Shown: positions 31,715 to 32,000 of the stretch, piece after piece | How positions within the stretch are numbered: the stretch's first letter is position 1 | Layout: the number at the start of each line of letters is the position of its first letter | Source: Propionibacteriaceae bacterium | GTDB lineage: Bacteria > Actinomycetota > Actinomycetes > Propionibacteriales > Propionibacteriaceae | Reading direction: 5' to 3' | Assembly: GCA_031256725.1 (NCBI GenBank) | Contig: JAIRQE010000008.1 | Span: forward strand, 1,010-33,009 | Length of the DNA: 32,000 nt | Program-made: the position numbers and the translations under genes | Notes under the pieces: model-generated | The model's database searches: none | The model's input: the letters and a program-made list of their open reading frames with translations, nothing else | What the model was told of the DNA's origin: nothing

Positions 31715-31824
31715 GGTTGTCAGGGGTTGTCAAGGGTTGTCAGGGGTTGTCAGGGAACGTATCTCCTGACACTTCGCACTCAATGTGGGGCGGTTTGATT
31801 GTCAAGGGACGTATCTTCTGACAC
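31715..31824. repeat. Repeat array: four tandem decamers GGTTGTCA(G/A)G (31715-31754) merging into a 24-bp palindromic unit TGTCAGGGAACGTATCTCCTGACA (31748-31771), repeated as TGTCAAGGGACGTATCTTCTGACA (31800-31823)
   Basis: Read directly. The two 24-mers are 21/24 identical, with TGTCAGG/CCTGACA arms. The array lies 117-226 bp upstream of cbiM on the opposite side. Confidence 0.85.
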
Positions 31825-32000
31825 TCGTCACTTGATATGGGTGATCTCATCCGCCAGTCTCACCTTCTCCCTTAGTCCTCACACTGGCTGAAGAAATACT
31901 TTGTGGATAACTCCCCATGAGGGCATGCAATGCTGTTGACTATACATAGTTCCCTGATGTCAAAGTGATAGGAGTCATTGTGAAGCGGATTGGGTGTCTA

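Noticed and set aside
31715-31754. Tandem GGTTGTCAGG repeats considered as a possible CRISPR array
   Set aside because: The period is 10 bp with no spacers and only four units, and there are no cas genes in the window. It is not a CRISPR. It is kept as an iteron/operator-like repeat finding instead.
31630-31821. 63-aa plus-strand ORF
   Set aside because: It is composed largely of the decamer/palindrome repeat array, and the translation (GVVKGCQGLSGN...) merely reflects the repeats.

Overview
This window looks like a chromosomal segment from a mid/high-GC actinobacterium. That inference rests on a 6C-type sRNA, fdxA-dapC pairing, an ArfA-like BON-OmpA protein, frequent GTG/TTG starts and 4-8 nt gene overlaps. 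All family calls come from reading motifs in the translations; no database search was run.

Gene content, left to right:
- araB-araD-araA operon (minus strand, araA truncated by the window edge), with a divergent LacI-family regulator and a palindromic operator.
- A cobalamin-riboswitch-controlled minus-strand operon. It encodes two secreted, membrane-tethered proteins built from transcobalamin-like parts (DUF4430-like beta domain, prenyltransferase-like alpha/alpha toroid) plus a dedicated ECF transporter (EcfT, fused EcfA-A', S component).
- An intact IS481-family element with 15-bp flanking direct repeats, next to an AT-rich orphan region.
- dapC-fdxA.
- A central two-gene module (14487-16015): a Ras-like/TRAFAC GTPase with a hydrophobic C-terminal extension, translationally coupled to a 116-aa protein of unknown family. 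Gene A is AT-richer than its flanks.
- A Pro-rich single-pass membrane protein, fadD, and a second larger Pro-rich membrane protein.
- A 6C-like sRNA, an orphan LacI regulator, a GroES-like protein, a DUF3618-like protein, bcp and tRNA-Leu(UAG).
- A T-box leader (probable Trp specifier) upstream of a TrpB2-type gene.
- A BON-OmpA protein followed by a membrane-anchored Lys/Ala-rich HhH protein.
- A decayed yefM-yoeB remnant, mscL and a cbiM(PDGLE)-cbiQ-cbiO Co/Ni transporter.
- An unusual decamer/palindrome repeat array near the right edge.

The best candidate for an undescribed system is the GTPase + small-partner module at 14.5-16.0 kb. I do not recognise it as any named defence or toxin-antitoxin system.
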